64,000 bases of DNA, from the NCBI GenBank assembly GCA_016192455.1, contig JACPUC010000015.1:1-64000 (forward strand), written 5' to 3'. The stretch comes from Candidatus Tectimicrobiota bacterium (GTDB lineage Bacteria; JACPUC01). Below, one piece after another: positions 10,296-20,173 of the stretch. Position 1 is the first letter of the stretch. Each line of letters starts with the position of its first letter. The position numbers and the translations under genes are program-made. Below the pieces are notes generated by a model. It made no database searches, had not been told where the DNA came from, and was given only the letters and a program-made list of their open reading frames with translations.

Positions 10296-11797
10296 CGGCG
10301 GGGTTCCTGGCGAGGCGCGGGGAGGGAAGGCTGCGTCGGCTCGGCGCCGCCTGCGGGGGCGTCATCCTGCGGTTGGCTCAGCCCAATGGCGAGGAAGTAG
10401 TCGCGGATGAAGGGCCGGTACTCCCGGGGCAGCCCCTCCCGCGTGATCAGCGATTCGAGCTGGCGCTGGTAGTCGCTGAGCACCTCCTGGGACGGCCGCA
10501 GCGCCTCATTGCGGGCCGGCAGGGCGCGGATCGCCGTGCTGCGCAGCTTCCCCGCGGCGACCTGGGCCGGCGTCTCGAAGAGCACGGAGGAGCGCGGGCT
10601 CAAATCCTGGGGCGTCGCCGACCGTGCCGGCGTGCTGCCGGCGCCGATGCCCGAGGCTCCCTGCCCGCCGCCTTCCTCGTCCCGATCGCGCGCCGCCTGC
10701 CGCCCGGCTGGCCCCTCGGGCCCGCCGCCGCTGCCGCGCGGCGCGCCCTCCTCTCCCTCCTCTCCGGCGCCCATGATACGGCCCAGACCCCGTTCAACGA
10801 GCCGCTGGGCGCGGCCCATGAGCTGGGCTTCGAGGAGCTCCCGCACGAGCCGCAGGTGGCGGTGCACAGCGGCGGCCTCGCTGCGCGTGAGATCGCTGCG
10901 CTGGGCCTGGCGAAGGAGTTCGCGGAGCTGCTCCTGAAGGTCCTGGCGTTGGCGCAGCAGGGAGGCGGCCTGGCCGGACTCAGCGCCGCGCTCCGGGAGT
11001 TCGCTGCGAGCGGCCGCCTGCCAGCGATCGAGATCCTGCTGCAGCGCCTCCAGGCGGCGGCGCGCCTGTTCGCCACTCATGGAGCGGGTCTGCAGGCGCT
11101 TCCCCTCGGCCGCCAGCCGTTCGGCCACCTTGCCGACCAGGGGAAGCTTCTGCTCCTCGGCCTTCTGGGCCAGGGTGCGGGCAAAGCTGCGGAGCTCCTC
11201 GCCGCTCTGGGAGAGCTGGGGGGCGACGCCGAGGAGGAAGGAGGGGAGCGGCAGCTCGACCGCCAGGAGAAGCGCCGCGGTGAGGAGCAGCACGGGGAGG
11301 AGCTTGGTGGGCGCGCTGAAGGTCACGGGCCACATGACCCGCGGCTCCACGTGCGCCAGGCGCGTCGTTCCCTGGCGCAGCAGAAGCGCCGCGATGTCTG
11401 CGGGGCACGGCGCGCCGCCCAGGGCTTCCCAGGTGGTGATGAAGCGCTCGCGGGTTCCCAGGCGGCGGTCGAGCTCGAGGAGCACCGCCTGCGGGGTGAT
11501 GGTCTGGCCTTGCCGCAGCCGGGCGTAGACCCCCGCCGCCGCCCCCAGGGCAATGCCCCCGGCGAGCAGCGGCGAGAGCCACTCGAGGCGGGGCCAGACC
11601 ACCGCGAGCTGGCCGGCGATGAGGAGGAGGTGGAGGAAGACGAGGCCCGCCAGGAATGCCTCGGCCGCGAGGCGCCACCGGGCCACCCGCCGGCGGCGCT
11701 GCTGGCACTTCCCGACCAGGGCGGCGAAGCTGCCGGCGAGGAGGGTCTCCTCGGCGGCAGGCTCGCCTCCTGGGGGGTGGGGAACGGCCTCATCCAT
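10292..11797 (-). CDS. Membrane-anchored coiled-coil protein of MoxR/VWA operons
   Basis: N-terminal TM pair, 'LDRRLGTRERFITTWE', helical and Gly-rich middle, C-terminal 'LPREYRPFIRDYF'. Overlaps both neighbours. Confidence 0.7.
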   Translation of the reverse strand: MDEAVPHPPGGEPAAEETLLAGSFAALVGKCQQRRRRVARWRLAAEAFLAGLVFLHLLLIAGQLAVVWPRLEWLSPLLAGGIALGAAAGVYARLRQGQTITPQAVLLELDRRLGTRERFITTWEALGGAPCPADIAALLLRQGTTRLAHVEPRVMWPVTFSAPTKLLPVLLLTAALLLAVELPLPSFLLGVAPQLSQSGEELRSFARTLAQKAEEQKLPLVGKVAERLAAEGKRLQTRSMSGEQARRRLEALQQDLDRWQAAARSELPERGAESGQAASLLRQRQDLQEQLRELLRQAQRSDLTRSEAAAVHRHLRLVRELLEAQLMGRAQRLVERGLGRIMGAGEEGEEGAPRGSGGGPEGPAGRQAARDRDEEGGGQGASGIGAGSTPARSATPQDLSPRSSVLFETPAQVAAGKLRSTAIRALPARNEALRPSQEVLSDYQRQLESLITREGLPREYRPFIRDYFLAIGLSQPQDDAPAGGAEPTQPSLPAPRQEPRR

Positions 11798-12563
11798 GGG
11801 CGGCAGCCTTGCGCTTCACGCGCCGGAACAGGAGCGCCAGCACTCCGACCGCGGCGCTCCCGGCGCCGAGATGGCCCAGCGCCGCCAGCACGGGCGCCGT
11901 GAGCCGCAGGGCGCCGACCTGGAGCGCTGGCGACGCGGCTTCGGGTTGGCTCAAGCTGATGAGGGCGCTGATGACATTGAACCGCGGCGCGAGGAAGGCG
12001 GTGCCGAAGGCGAGCAGGAGATACGTGGCCATGCCGGCGCGCCCTAACCAATCCTCGCGCCGCTCGAGCAGCACGGCGAGGAGCAGCCCGAGCAGACGGT
12101 ACGCGGTGAGACTGACGAGGAGCAGCCCGAGGGTGGCCCCAAGCTGCTTCCAGGCGAATCCGAGCGCCAGGTGGTTGAGCGTCAAGAGAGGGAGGCTGAG
12201 CAGCAGGAACCACGAGACGCTGAGGAAGTGCAGGAGGCACTTCCCGCCGAGAAGCTGCCGGGGCGAGAGTGGCGTATAGCGCAGCCACTCGGCGGGCGCA
12301 TGCGAATCACGGTCGTAGGCATCGCGCGGCAGCGCCGCAAACCCCAGGTAAGCTGCTACCACGAACACCGCAATGCCGAGCACATCATACGGGAACGGCA
12401 GGGCATTCGTCTGCAAGTAATCATAATAGTAACGTTTTGGCCAAGCGAAGAAAAGCACCACGCTCATGATGAGGACGTAGTGCAGGAAGAGGAGGTGCTG
12501 CTCGCGGCGCCCGAAGGCGCGCCGCAGCTCCTCCTCAAGCAGGGGATTTCCCGCACTGCTCAT
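11790..12563 (-). CDS. Polytopic membrane protein (ABC-2 permease-like)
   Basis: 'NPLLEEELRR' start, about 6 TM segments, 'LRYTPLSPRQLLGGK' motif typical of ABC-2-type permeases. Confidence 0.65.
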   Translation of the reverse strand: MSSAGNPLLEEELRRAFGRREQHLLFLHYVLIMSVVLFFAWPKRYYYDYLQTNALPFPYDVLGIAVFVVAAYLGFAALPRDAYDRDSHAPAEWLRYTPLSPRQLLGGKCLLHFLSVSWFLLLSLPLLTLNHLALGFAWKQLGATLGLLLVSLTAYRLLGLLLAVLLERREDWLGRAGMATYLLLAFGTAFLAPRFNVISALISLSQPEAASPALQVGALRLTAPVLAALGHLGAGSAAVGVLALLFRRVKRKAAAHG

Positions 12564-12754
12564 GGTTAGGCTCCCCCGTGCATTCGCCCCGCCGCGGCTG
12601 GCGGAGGTGGGTGCTCCTCGCCTCGCCGGTCTGTTCTACGAGGAACGGGAGCCGTCCCGTAGTCGGCGTCACCAGGGGCGGGAACGTCATGCGGCTCCCT
12701 CGCGGGGACCGGTGCGGCCGGTGCGGGCCGCTCTGCGCCGTGGCGACGGCTCAT

Positions 12755-14995
12755 CTAGAAGCCCTCCATGGCTGGCAGGGTGCGCTGGAAGCCGCGCATG
12801 GGGACGCGGGCGATGAGCAGCGTGGCACGTCGCACGAGGGCCCCCTCATGGATGAGCTCGAACGAGGGCGGTTGCGGAGGCAGCCAGCCGAGCAGAAGAA
12901 GCTCGTTCTCTTGCTCGCTCTTGCGCAAGCGCGACAGAGGGAAGAGGACCTCCATGAGCGAGCGTTTGATCAGTTCCTCCTCGGAGGGGGAGGCGAGCTC
13001 ATCGCGGCGGAAGAAGAGGGCATCCCAAAGACGTTGCAAGGCCTCATCGGGCACCTCCTCCTGGAACAGCGGCAGGCTGCGCGCCGCCTCCTCGCCGGGC
13101 TCGAGCGTCGGCAGGGAGAGGAGACCTCCCATGGCGATGGCGAAGGGTGACCGCAGCGCCATGCCGAGGCTGTTGCGCACCTGGAGGCGGAGGAGCGGGC
13201 CCTCCACCCAGGCGTCGACCTCCAGGCGCGCCGGCACCTGCGTGGCGATCGTGAAAGAGCGTTGCGACCAGCGCGCGGCGGGGATGGAGAGCAGGCGGGC
13301 TCCCTCCTCGCCGAGGTAGTGGACGTCCAGGAACGCCTGCCGCTTCGCGGGCGGCGCAAGCTGACGCAGGGCGGCGTTGGCAGCGGTGCTGCGAATCTGG
13401 ATCGTGGTGCGGCGGGTGGCGAAGAGGCCCCAGTGTCCCTCCAGCAGCGCCAGGGGCTGGCGCGGCGCGACCTCCAGGGTGCGCACGTCGAAGGCCAGCA
13501 CTTGGTCCCGCTGCAACGGATTCCCCAGCAGGAGGAGCGCCACGAAGGTGAATCCCACCGGGGCTGCCGCCGCCAGCCAGAACGCCGCGCGGCGCGGCTG
13601 GCGCGGCCAGGCGCGCGGGCCGAGGCGGCGGGCCAGGAGGCTCAGGAGCGCGGTCGCCGCTCCGCCGGAGTCCGGCCCCGCCGGACGAATGGGCCTCCAG
13701 ACCACGGTAGGCGGCGGATTCCTGAAAGTTCCGCGCTGCCGAGCTGGCAGGTACGCCTCGGAGCGGTGGAGGAACCAGTAGATTCCCGTCAGGAGGCCGA
13801 GGTACGGCAGCACCACGGCAAGGATCAGGAGATGCAGCCAGAGGATGGAAGCGCTGGTCCGGAGGGGGAGCGCGAAGAGGCGTTCGAAGAGGGCGAACGT
13901 TTCAGGACGCTGCTGGGCGGCTCTGGCGGCTGGAAGCATCAGGCGCCAGAGGGCGCCGCGGCCTGCCCAGCCGGTCATCGGGTACTGCGCCAGGTTCAGG
14001 GCGAAGAAGAAGATGCGGCCGCGCAGGTAGGGGTGACGCACGAGGATTGGCAGAGACCGGTGCGCCACGAGCACCTCGGCGGGGGAGACAATCGAGCGCA
14101 GCTTCGCCCGGGCGACGAGGAAGGGTTGCGCTGCCACGAGCGGCTGGCCGAAATACCGGGCCAGCTCCGGCAGGGCCTCCAGTTGGGTGACCCCGAGCCC
14201 TTCCACCGGCAGCCAGCGCGCCGCGCTGGGAAGCTCCGGCGGCGCCCCCACCTCGCCGGCGATCACCAGGGAGCCACCCTGCGCCACCCAGCGTTCCAGC
14301 GCCTCGAGCTGCGCCCTCCCCAGCCGCTGGAGGGGAAGCTGCTGCACGAGCACCACGGCCACCCCGTCAAAGGCGTACCAGTCGGTGGGGAGTCGATCGA
14401 GGTGGGGATAGGTGACGAGGTAGCGCGCCGTGGTGGTTTGGGCGAGGAAATCGGCGCTCACCGCGTCGCTAAGGACGACGATGAGATCACTGGTGGTGAA
14501 ATGGTTGCGCAGGTCGATGGCCTGCTCGGCGACGGCGCCGAACTCATCGCGCAAGATGACGCGCAGCGGTTCCGAAAAGCTATCGAGGTAGACGGTGAAG
14601 GCGAAGCGCTTCCGCGATCCCGAGGGGAGCAGCACCCGGCGCACGTAGCGCGCCTGAAACGCCGTGCCGCGGAAGCGGGAGCCCTCGTGGACGAGGAGTT
14701 CCAGGCTGCCCCGCAGGGACGGCCCTGAGTTCTCCACGAGGACGGACACCGGAACCCAGGAATCCAGCTTGAAGCGTTCCTGAAACCCCAGGTGAACACT
14801 GAGGCGGGTTGGAGCGGCGGCCCAGCCGAGGCCCGGCAGGAGCAGGCTGGCGATGGCGCTCAGGAGGAGCGTTCGCAGCCGGCTGCGGCGCCGCTGCGGC
14901 CGGCGGGTCGGCGGCGAGACCTGGCATGGCGCCGCGGCCCGGAGCGCGCAAGAAAGGCTCGGGGCCGCGCCTGGCTGCGGCATCAGGTTCCACAT
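12755..14995 (-). CDS. Large exported/membrane protein with GATase-like domain (first gene of MoxR operon); start uncertain
   Basis: Signal-like 'RLRTLLLSAIASLLLPGLGWAA', 'WVPVSVLVEN.G', 'LPTDWYAFDGV', 'ALERWVAQGGSLVIAG', two TM segments. Longest ORF starts at 15094. Confidence 0.7.
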   Translation of the reverse strand: MWNLMPQPGAAPSLSCALRAAAPCQVSPPTRRPQRRRSRLRTLLLSAIASLLLPGLGWAAAPTRLSVHLGFQERFKLDSWVPVSVLVENSGPSLRGSLELLVHEGSRFRGTAFQARYVRRVLLPSGSRKRFAFTVYLDSFSEPLRVILRDEFGAVAEQAIDLRNHFTTSDLIVVLSDAVSADFLAQTTTARYLVTYPHLDRLPTDWYAFDGVAVVLVQQLPLQRLGRAQLEALERWVAQGGSLVIAGEVGAPPELPSAARWLPVEGLGVTQLEALPELARYFGQPLVAAQPFLVARAKLRSIVSPAEVLVAHRSLPILVRHPYLRGRIFFFALNLAQYPMTGWAGRGALWRLMLPAARAAQQRPETFALFERLFALPLRTSASILWLHLLILAVVLPYLGLLTGIYWFLHRSEAYLPARQRGTFRNPPPTVVWRPIRPAGPDSGGAATALLSLLARRLGPRAWPRQPRRAAFWLAAAAPVGFTFVALLLLGNPLQRDQVLAFDVRTLEVAPRQPLALLEGHWGLFATRRTTIQIRSTAANAALRQLAPPAKRQAFLDVHYLGEEGARLLSIPAARWSQRSFTIATQVPARLEVDAWVEGPLLRLQVRNSLGMALRSPFAIAMGGLLSLPTLEPGEEAARSLPLFQEEVPDEALQRLWDALFFRRDELASPSEEELIKRSLMEVLFPLSRLRKSEQENELLLLGWLPPQPPSFELIHEGALVRRATLLIARVPMRGFQRTLPAMEGF

Positions 14996-15315
14996 GGGGC
15001 GGCGCGGGGAAATCGAGGGCGGTGAGGTGCGTGCCGAGCTGGTGTTGGCAGGGTGAGGGAGCGAACGGGGGAGGCGAAGGGGAGCACGCCGCATCCTCTC
15101 CGGGTTGCACCTCTAGGCTGTGCGACCCATATTGGTGCGCGAGCTGACGTGCCGCGCCGCCGCTTGCCGGCGCGGTCAGTTCCGGCGCCGCCTCGCGCTT
15201 CCTCTCCTGAGCGAGTTCTACCGCAGTCCGTCAGCCGCGTAAACAGGAAAAGAGCTGCGGGTCCATCTCCGAGGGGCGCCAAGTCGTTTTCCCCTGTGCG
15301 GAGGTGCGAGGTGTG

Positions 15316-15324
15316 TGGTACATT
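15316..15324 (+). promoter_or_regulatory. Possible extended -10 promoter (TGnTACATT) for the lipid operon
   Basis: TGGTACATT in the divergent intergenic region about 180 nt upstream of 15507. No clear -35. Confidence 0.3.
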
Positions 15325-15506
15325 CCCCTTGCATGCAGCCTCGCGGAGCGTGGAGACCTGAGGTGGGGCCGCGGGGGCGGCCGCGGCGAGGCGCCGCCCG
15401 GCCTGCGAACCCTCTCCTCCCGAGTGGCTGGCTGACCGACGCACGCAGCCTGGCGCGGGGTCGTTCTTCCGTTTGCACGGCTTGATCTTCTCCAGAGGGC
15501 GATCAC

Positions 15507-18191
15507 GTGGGACGAGATTCCCAAGCCAGCGCGCCGAAAGGAATTCGCGCCGCTCTTGCCGGCAAGACGCTGCTCGTCTCCGGCGCCACCGGTTTTCTCG
15601 GCAAGGCCCTGATCGAGAAGCTCCTCTTCGAAATACCCGCCATCAAGCGCATCTATCTCCTCATCCGGCCCCGAGGAGGCGACGTTCCAGCCCAGGCACG
15701 GCTCAAGGCGGACATCTTCTCGAGCCCCCTCTTCCAACGCCTGCGGACGCGGGAAGAGGGGCGGGAAGGGTTCGAGGCTTTCCTGGGCGGAAAGGTTGTC
15801 GCCGTTGAAGGGGACCTCATGCAGGTGGGCCTCGGCTTGGCGGACGAGGACCTGCGGCGGCTCGCCAAGGAGATCGACCTCATCATCAACAGCGCCGCCA
15901 CCGTGCAGTTCGATGAACGCCTTGATCTGGCGCTGAACTTGAACACCCTGGGACCGCAGCGCTTGCTGGCGTTGGCCAAGAGCTGCCTGCGGCGTCCCCT
16001 CCTGGTGCAGGTCTCCACCTGCTACGTCGGGGGGAAGCTCGCCGGTCCCATCCCGGAGCAGGTGCTCGAGCAGGAGCAGACGATCAGCCACCTGCGGGGT
16101 GATGCCAACCTGCCGCCATTCAACGTCGATGAAGAGATCCGCCACCTCTTCCGGACCATTCGGCAGATCATCCAGGAGAGCCATCATCCGGAACGTCGAG
16201 TGGAGATCGTGGCCCTTGCCCGTGAGCAGCTCCTCAACGGGCAGGCGGCAAGCAAGCGGCAGGGCTCCCGGGCGGCGAATGGCGGGCAGCGGCTGGCCGA
16301 AGTCTCCTTCGAGGCGGCGCGCGGCCAGTGGATCGCCAGGCGCCTCGTGAGCGAGGGGATGAGCCGCGCCCAGCGCTATGGCTGGAACGACACCTACACC
16401 TTCACCAAGGCGCTGGGGGAGAAGCTCCTCGTCCGCGACCACGGCGCCGTGCCGCTCATCATCCTGCGGCCCTCCATCATCGAGAGCAGCCTGCGCGAGC
16501 CGGAGGCGGGGTGGATCGAAGGCTACCGCATGGCCGACCCGATGATCGCCGCGTATGGCCTCGGCAAGCTGCGCAAGTTCTCCAGCCGCCGCGAGGTGGT
16601 GCTCGACGTCATCCCCCTCGATGTTGTGGTGAACACGCTCATCGCCGCCATGGCTCACCCGCCGGCGGCGGGGCACGTCGTCTATCAGACGGCGTCCGGC
16701 AGCCGCGTCCCCCTCACCATTGGGAGGCTGGCCGACTACATCTTCGAGTACTTCCGCGACCATCCGATGCGAACTCGCAAGGGCCAGCCCATCCGCGTCA
16801 AACCCTGGCGATTGCAGCCGCAGGAGGAGTTTCAGCGCCACCTCTACTGGCGCTCCTTCCTGCCGGTGAAGATGCTGCACCGCGTGCTGCGCTCGCTGGC
16901 CTGGCTCCCCTTCGCGCCGTCGCTCCTCGAGAAGGTGGGGAAGCTACGCAACGCCCTCGAGCAGCTCCGGCACCTCAGCACGATTTACGCTCCCTACACC
17001 AACCATAGCCCGCTCTTCGAGACGAAAGCCACGGAGAAGCTCTTCGATCTGCTGCGCGAGGAAGACCGGCAGCGCTTCAACTTCAGCCTTGCTGATCTCG
17101 ACTGGGAGCACTACGTCAAGGAGGTGCACATTCCCGGCCTCATCCGCAACGTCATCCAGGCCGAGCGCCCGCCCCGGCTGACGGCGATCTCCCCGGTTCC
17201 CCTGGCTGACGAGGCGACGCTGGCGGCCTGGGGCGAAGCGCCGATCGCGGAGATGATCGCCCCCGCGAGCATGGTCGATCCCCTCACCGAGGCGGAGTTC
17301 ACCCTCTGGAATGAGACGGATGCGCTCGAGGAGGACGTTGCCGGCATTGGCATGGGCGAGGCTCGCGACCAAGGGGCCGCGGCGGCAACAACCCTTGAGG
17401 AGCTGGAGCAGGCCGAGGCAAGCAGGGCCGCGCCGCTGCCGACCGAGCGGCCGTTGCGCCTGCGGCGCCGCCTGGCGATCCCCGCCGTGCCCGCCATCCT
17501 CGCGCCGCAGCGTCGCTCTCCCCTCACCTTCATGCAGGTGGCCTTCCGCGACTTCATCGGGGTGCTGGGGCTAATTGCCAACCGCGTCTATTTCCGCTCG
17601 GAAGTGACGGGGCTCGATCACCTGCCCACGGATGGCGCCTTCATCGTCGCCTCCAACCACTGCAGCCATCTCGACACCACGGCTGTCATCCTGTCGATGG
17701 GACCCTACGCTCTGCGGGCCTGCGTCGTGGGGGCGCGTGACTACTTCTTCAACACCCGTCTCAAGGCCTGGTTCTTCGGCAGTCTGTTGAAAGCCATCCC
17801 CTTCGATCGGCAGGGGAACTTCATCGCCGGCATCCGCCAGTGCCGCGAAGCGCTCATGAATCGCACCCCGGTGCTCATCTACCCGGAAGGGACCCGCTCC
17901 CTCACCGGCATGCTGCAGCCGTTCAAGCTCGGGGTGGGGGTGCTGGCCTACGAGCTCAAGGTTCCCGTTGTTCCCGCCTACGTCAGCGGCACCTACCAGG
18001 CGCTGCCGAAAGGGTCATGGTTCCCCCGTCCCTACAAGGTTCGGGTGCGCTTCGGTCCTCCCCTCACCCCCTCCGCCGCGACGGCCGAGGATGACCGGGA
18101 CGGCTCGCCCTACACGGCCTACGTGACCCTCGTGCGCCGGCTGCGCCAGGCCATTGAAGAGCTCCGCGATGCCAGCGCCACGCCGGCATGA
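15507..18191 (+). CDS. Fatty acyl-CoA reductase (NAD_binding_4 + Sterile domains) fused to a PlsC-type glycerolipid acyltransferase
   Basis: 'VSGATGFLGK', 'NSAATVQFDE', 'VSTCYV', YxxxK 'TYTFTKALGE', 'RPSIIES', 'DWEHYVKEVHIPGL'. C-terminal 'NHCSHLD' (HxxxxD) and 'YPEGTRS'. Confidence 0.92.
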   Translation: MGRDSQASAPKGIRAALAGKTLLVSGATGFLGKALIEKLLFEIPAIKRIYLLIRPRGGDVPAQARLKADIFSSPLFQRLRTREEGREGFEAFLGGKVVAVEGDLMQVGLGLADEDLRRLAKEIDLIINSAATVQFDERLDLALNLNTLGPQRLLALAKSCLRRPLLVQVSTCYVGGKLAGPIPEQVLEQEQTISHLRGDANLPPFNVDEEIRHLFRTIRQIIQESHHPERRVEIVALAREQLLNGQAASKRQGSRAANGGQRLAEVSFEAARGQWIARRLVSEGMSRAQRYGWNDTYTFTKALGEKLLVRDHGAVPLIILRPSIIESSLREPEAGWIEGYRMADPMIAAYGLGKLRKFSSRREVVLDVIPLDVVVNTLIAAMAHPPAAGHVVYQTASGSRVPLTIGRLADYIFEYFRDHPMRTRKGQPIRVKPWRLQPQEEFQRHLYWRSFLPVKMLHRVLRSLAWLPFAPSLLEKVGKLRNALEQLRHLSTIYAPYTNHSPLFETKATEKLFDLLREEDRQRFNFSLADLDWEHYVKEVHIPGLIRNVIQAERPPRLTAISPVPLADEATLAAWGEAPIAEMIAPASMVDPLTEAEFTLWNETDALEEDVAGIGMGEARDQGAAAATTLEELEQAEASRAAPLPTERPLRLRRRLAIPAVPAILAPQRRSPLTFMQVAFRDFIGVLGLIANRVYFRSEVTGLDHLPTDGAFIVASNHCSHLDTTAVILSMGPYALRACVVGARDYFFNTRLKAWFFGSLLKAIPFDRQGNFIAGIRQCREALMNRTPVLIYPEGTRSLTGMLQPFKLGVGVLAYELKVPVVPAYVSGTYQALPKGSWFPRPYKVRVRFGPPLTPSAATAEDDRDGSPYTAYVTLVRRLRQAIEELRDASATPA

Positions 18192-18234
18192 GGTCGTCCT
18201 GAACGCCACCTCGCGGCGATCAGCCTGCCTGCAG

Positions 18235-18900
18235 ATGGCCTTCTTCGATGTGGATGGCACCTGCGTCGATACCACCATCCTGCACTACTATGTCTGGTTC
18301 GTTCGCGATCGCGTTGCGCCGCCCTGGCGCTGGCTGCGGATCGGCAAGCTCCTCTCCCTCGTCCCGTACTACTGGGTTCTTGACCAGGTCTCCCGGACCG
18401 CCTTTAGCATCGCCTTCTACCGCGCCTATGCCGGTATCGCGGCGGCGGAGCTGGAGGAGTGGGGGCGAACCACGCTGCGCCAGCGACTCCTGCCGCATGT
18501 CTACCCGGGGGCGAGAGCTGAGATCAGCGCCCTGGGGAGAGATGGGGTGCCGATCACCTTCGTGACCGGCTCGTTGCCGGCGGTGGTGGAGCCGGTGCGG
18601 CAGCTTGCCGCGCAGGAGGGGTCGCCGGCGGAGGTGCTGGGGAGCGTGCTCGCGGTGCGGCGGGGCGTCTTCACGGGGGACCTGGAGGGGGCTCCCCTGG
18701 CGAGCGAGGCGAAGCGCCGGCGCCTCGAGTCCCTCGCCACGGAGCGTGGCATCAGCCTCGAGCAGTGCGCCGCCTATGGCGACTCCATGGCTGATCTGCC
18801 GATGCTCGAGGCGGTCGGTCAGCCGGTGGCCGCGAACCCCACCCCGTCCCTGCGTCGCATTGCCCGGCGGCGCGGCTGGACGATTTGCGATTGGGCCTAG
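18235..18900 (+). CDS. HAD-superfamily subfamily IB phosphatase (SerB-like)
   Basis: Motif I 'FFDVDGT', motif II 'VTGS', 'K' in 'EAKRR', motif IV 'YGDSMADLPML..VG.PVAANP'. The start could be a little further upstream (frame open from 18154). Confidence 0.9.
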   Translation: MAFFDVDGTCVDTTILHYYVWFVRDRVAPPWRWLRIGKLLSLVPYYWVLDQVSRTAFSIAFYRAYAGIAAAELEEWGRTTLRQRLLPHVYPGARAEISALGRDGVPITFVTGSLPAVVEPVRQLAAQEGSPAEVLGSVLAVRRGVFTGDLEGAPLASEAKRRRLESLATERGISLEQCAAYGDSMADLPMLEAVGQPVAANPTPSLRRIARRRGWTICDWA

Positions 18901-18937
18901 GTTGTGGTTGGGCGGAGCTTGCGGGACGGCCGGACCT

Positions 18938-20173
18938 ATGCTGGCGATCCAGTACCTGAAGAGCATCCCGCGCTTCCTCGCGGTGCGTGGGCTGGGGACG
19001 TTCTGGAAGGGGGCGGCGACGAGCCGATTCGGCTGCGCGCAGCTCCGCGAGATCGCCCCGCCCCCCTTGCCGAACGAGCGCTGGCTGCGCCTGCGCCCTA
19101 TCCTCGCCGGCATCTGCGGCTCGGACCTGGCGACGATCACGGCGAGGAACACCCCGTACTTCTCGCCCCTCCTCTCCTACCCGTTCACCCTCGGCCATGA
19201 GCTGGTAGGGCGCGTCGAGGAGGTGGGGGCGGCGGTCGAGGGGGTGGCGAGGGGCGACAAGGTCCTCGTCGAGCCGGCGTTAAGCTGCGCGGTGCGGGGC
19301 ATCGAGCCGCCCTGCCCGATGTGCCAGGCCGGCCATGCCGCCTGCTGCCTGAACATCATGCACGGCGCCATCTCCCCCGGCATCCAGACCGGCTACTGCC
19401 GCGATACCGGGGGCGGCTGGAGCGAGTCCCTGGTGGTGCACGAGCGGCAGGTGCTGCGGGCCCCCGAGGAGACGCCGGACGAGGCGCTCGTGCTGGTGGA
19501 GCCTTTGAGCTGCGCGGTGCACGCCGCCCTGAAGGTCGCTTGCCCGGCGGCCGGCACGGCCCTGGTGCTGGGGTGCGGCGCCATCGGCTTGCTCCTCACC
19601 TTTGCGCTGCGCACCCTTGGGAATCCCGGCCGCATCATCGCGGTCCACCGCTACCCCCACCAGGCGGCGTTCGCCAGGGTCTTCGGCGCCGATTGCCTCG
19701 TCCAGGACGGTCCCGGGGTGGAGGAGGAGATCGCCGCGCTGACGCGCGCCGAGCGCCGCAAGCCGGAGATCGGCGGCAGCGTCTTCCTGGGCGGGGTGGA
19801 CGTGACCTACGATTGCGTCGGCTCCTCCGGCAGCCTCGACCAGGCCCTGCGCTACACGCGCGCGCTCGGGGCGGTTGCCGTGGTGGGCATGCCGGGGGTG
19901 CCGCGCGGCCTTGACTGGACGGCCATCTGGTACAAGGAGCTGCGCGTCGTCGGCACCTATGCGTACGGCCTTGAGGAGTACGCGGGTGAGCGCCTGCGCA
20001 CCTTCGAGCTGGCGGCCCGCCTGGCGCGCCGGCACGCCGCCAAGCTGGCGCCGCTCGTCGGGGCGCGCTACCCCCTGCGGGAGTTCCCGGCGGCCATTGC
20101 CTCGGCGCGCTTCAGCGGGCGGTCCGGCGTGGTGAAGACGGTCTTCGAGGTGACGCCGGAGGGGCGGCTGTAG
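18938..20173 (+). CDS. Zinc-dependent medium-chain dehydrogenase/reductase
   Basis: 'GICGSDL', 'LGHELVG', Cys cluster 'SCAVRGIEPPCPMCQAGHAACC', 'EPLSCAVH', Rossmann 'LGCGAIG'. ATG at 18938. Confidence 0.92.
   Translation: MLAIQYLKSIPRFLAVRGLGTFWKGAATSRFGCAQLREIAPPPLPNERWLRLRPILAGICGSDLATITARNTPYFSPLLSYPFTLGHELVGRVEEVGAAVEGVARGDKVLVEPALSCAVRGIEPPCPMCQAGHAACCLNIMHGAISPGIQTGYCRDTGGGWSESLVVHERQVLRAPEETPDEALVLVEPLSCAVHAALKVACPAAGTALVLGCGAIGLLLTFALRTLGNPGRIIAVHRYPHQAAFARVFGADCLVQDGPGVEEEIAALTRAERRKPEIGGSVFLGGVDVTYDCVGSSGSLDQALRYTRALGAVAVVGMPGVPRGLDWTAIWYKELRVVGTYAYGLEEYAGERLRTFELAARLARRHAAKLAPLVGARYPLREFPAAIASARFSGRSGVVKTVFEVTPEGRL

Noticed and set aside
12340-12480. Lower-GC patch in the permease-like gene as foreign DNA or a DGR variable region
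   Set aside because: It lies near the 5' end of the gene and encodes Tyr/Phe-rich sequence; no template repeat or reverse transcriptase is present.
18154-18235. Programmed frameshift fusing the FAR-acyltransferase to the HAD gene
   Set aside because: The frames overlap but no slippery sequence is visible, and an in-frame ATG precedes HAD motif I.
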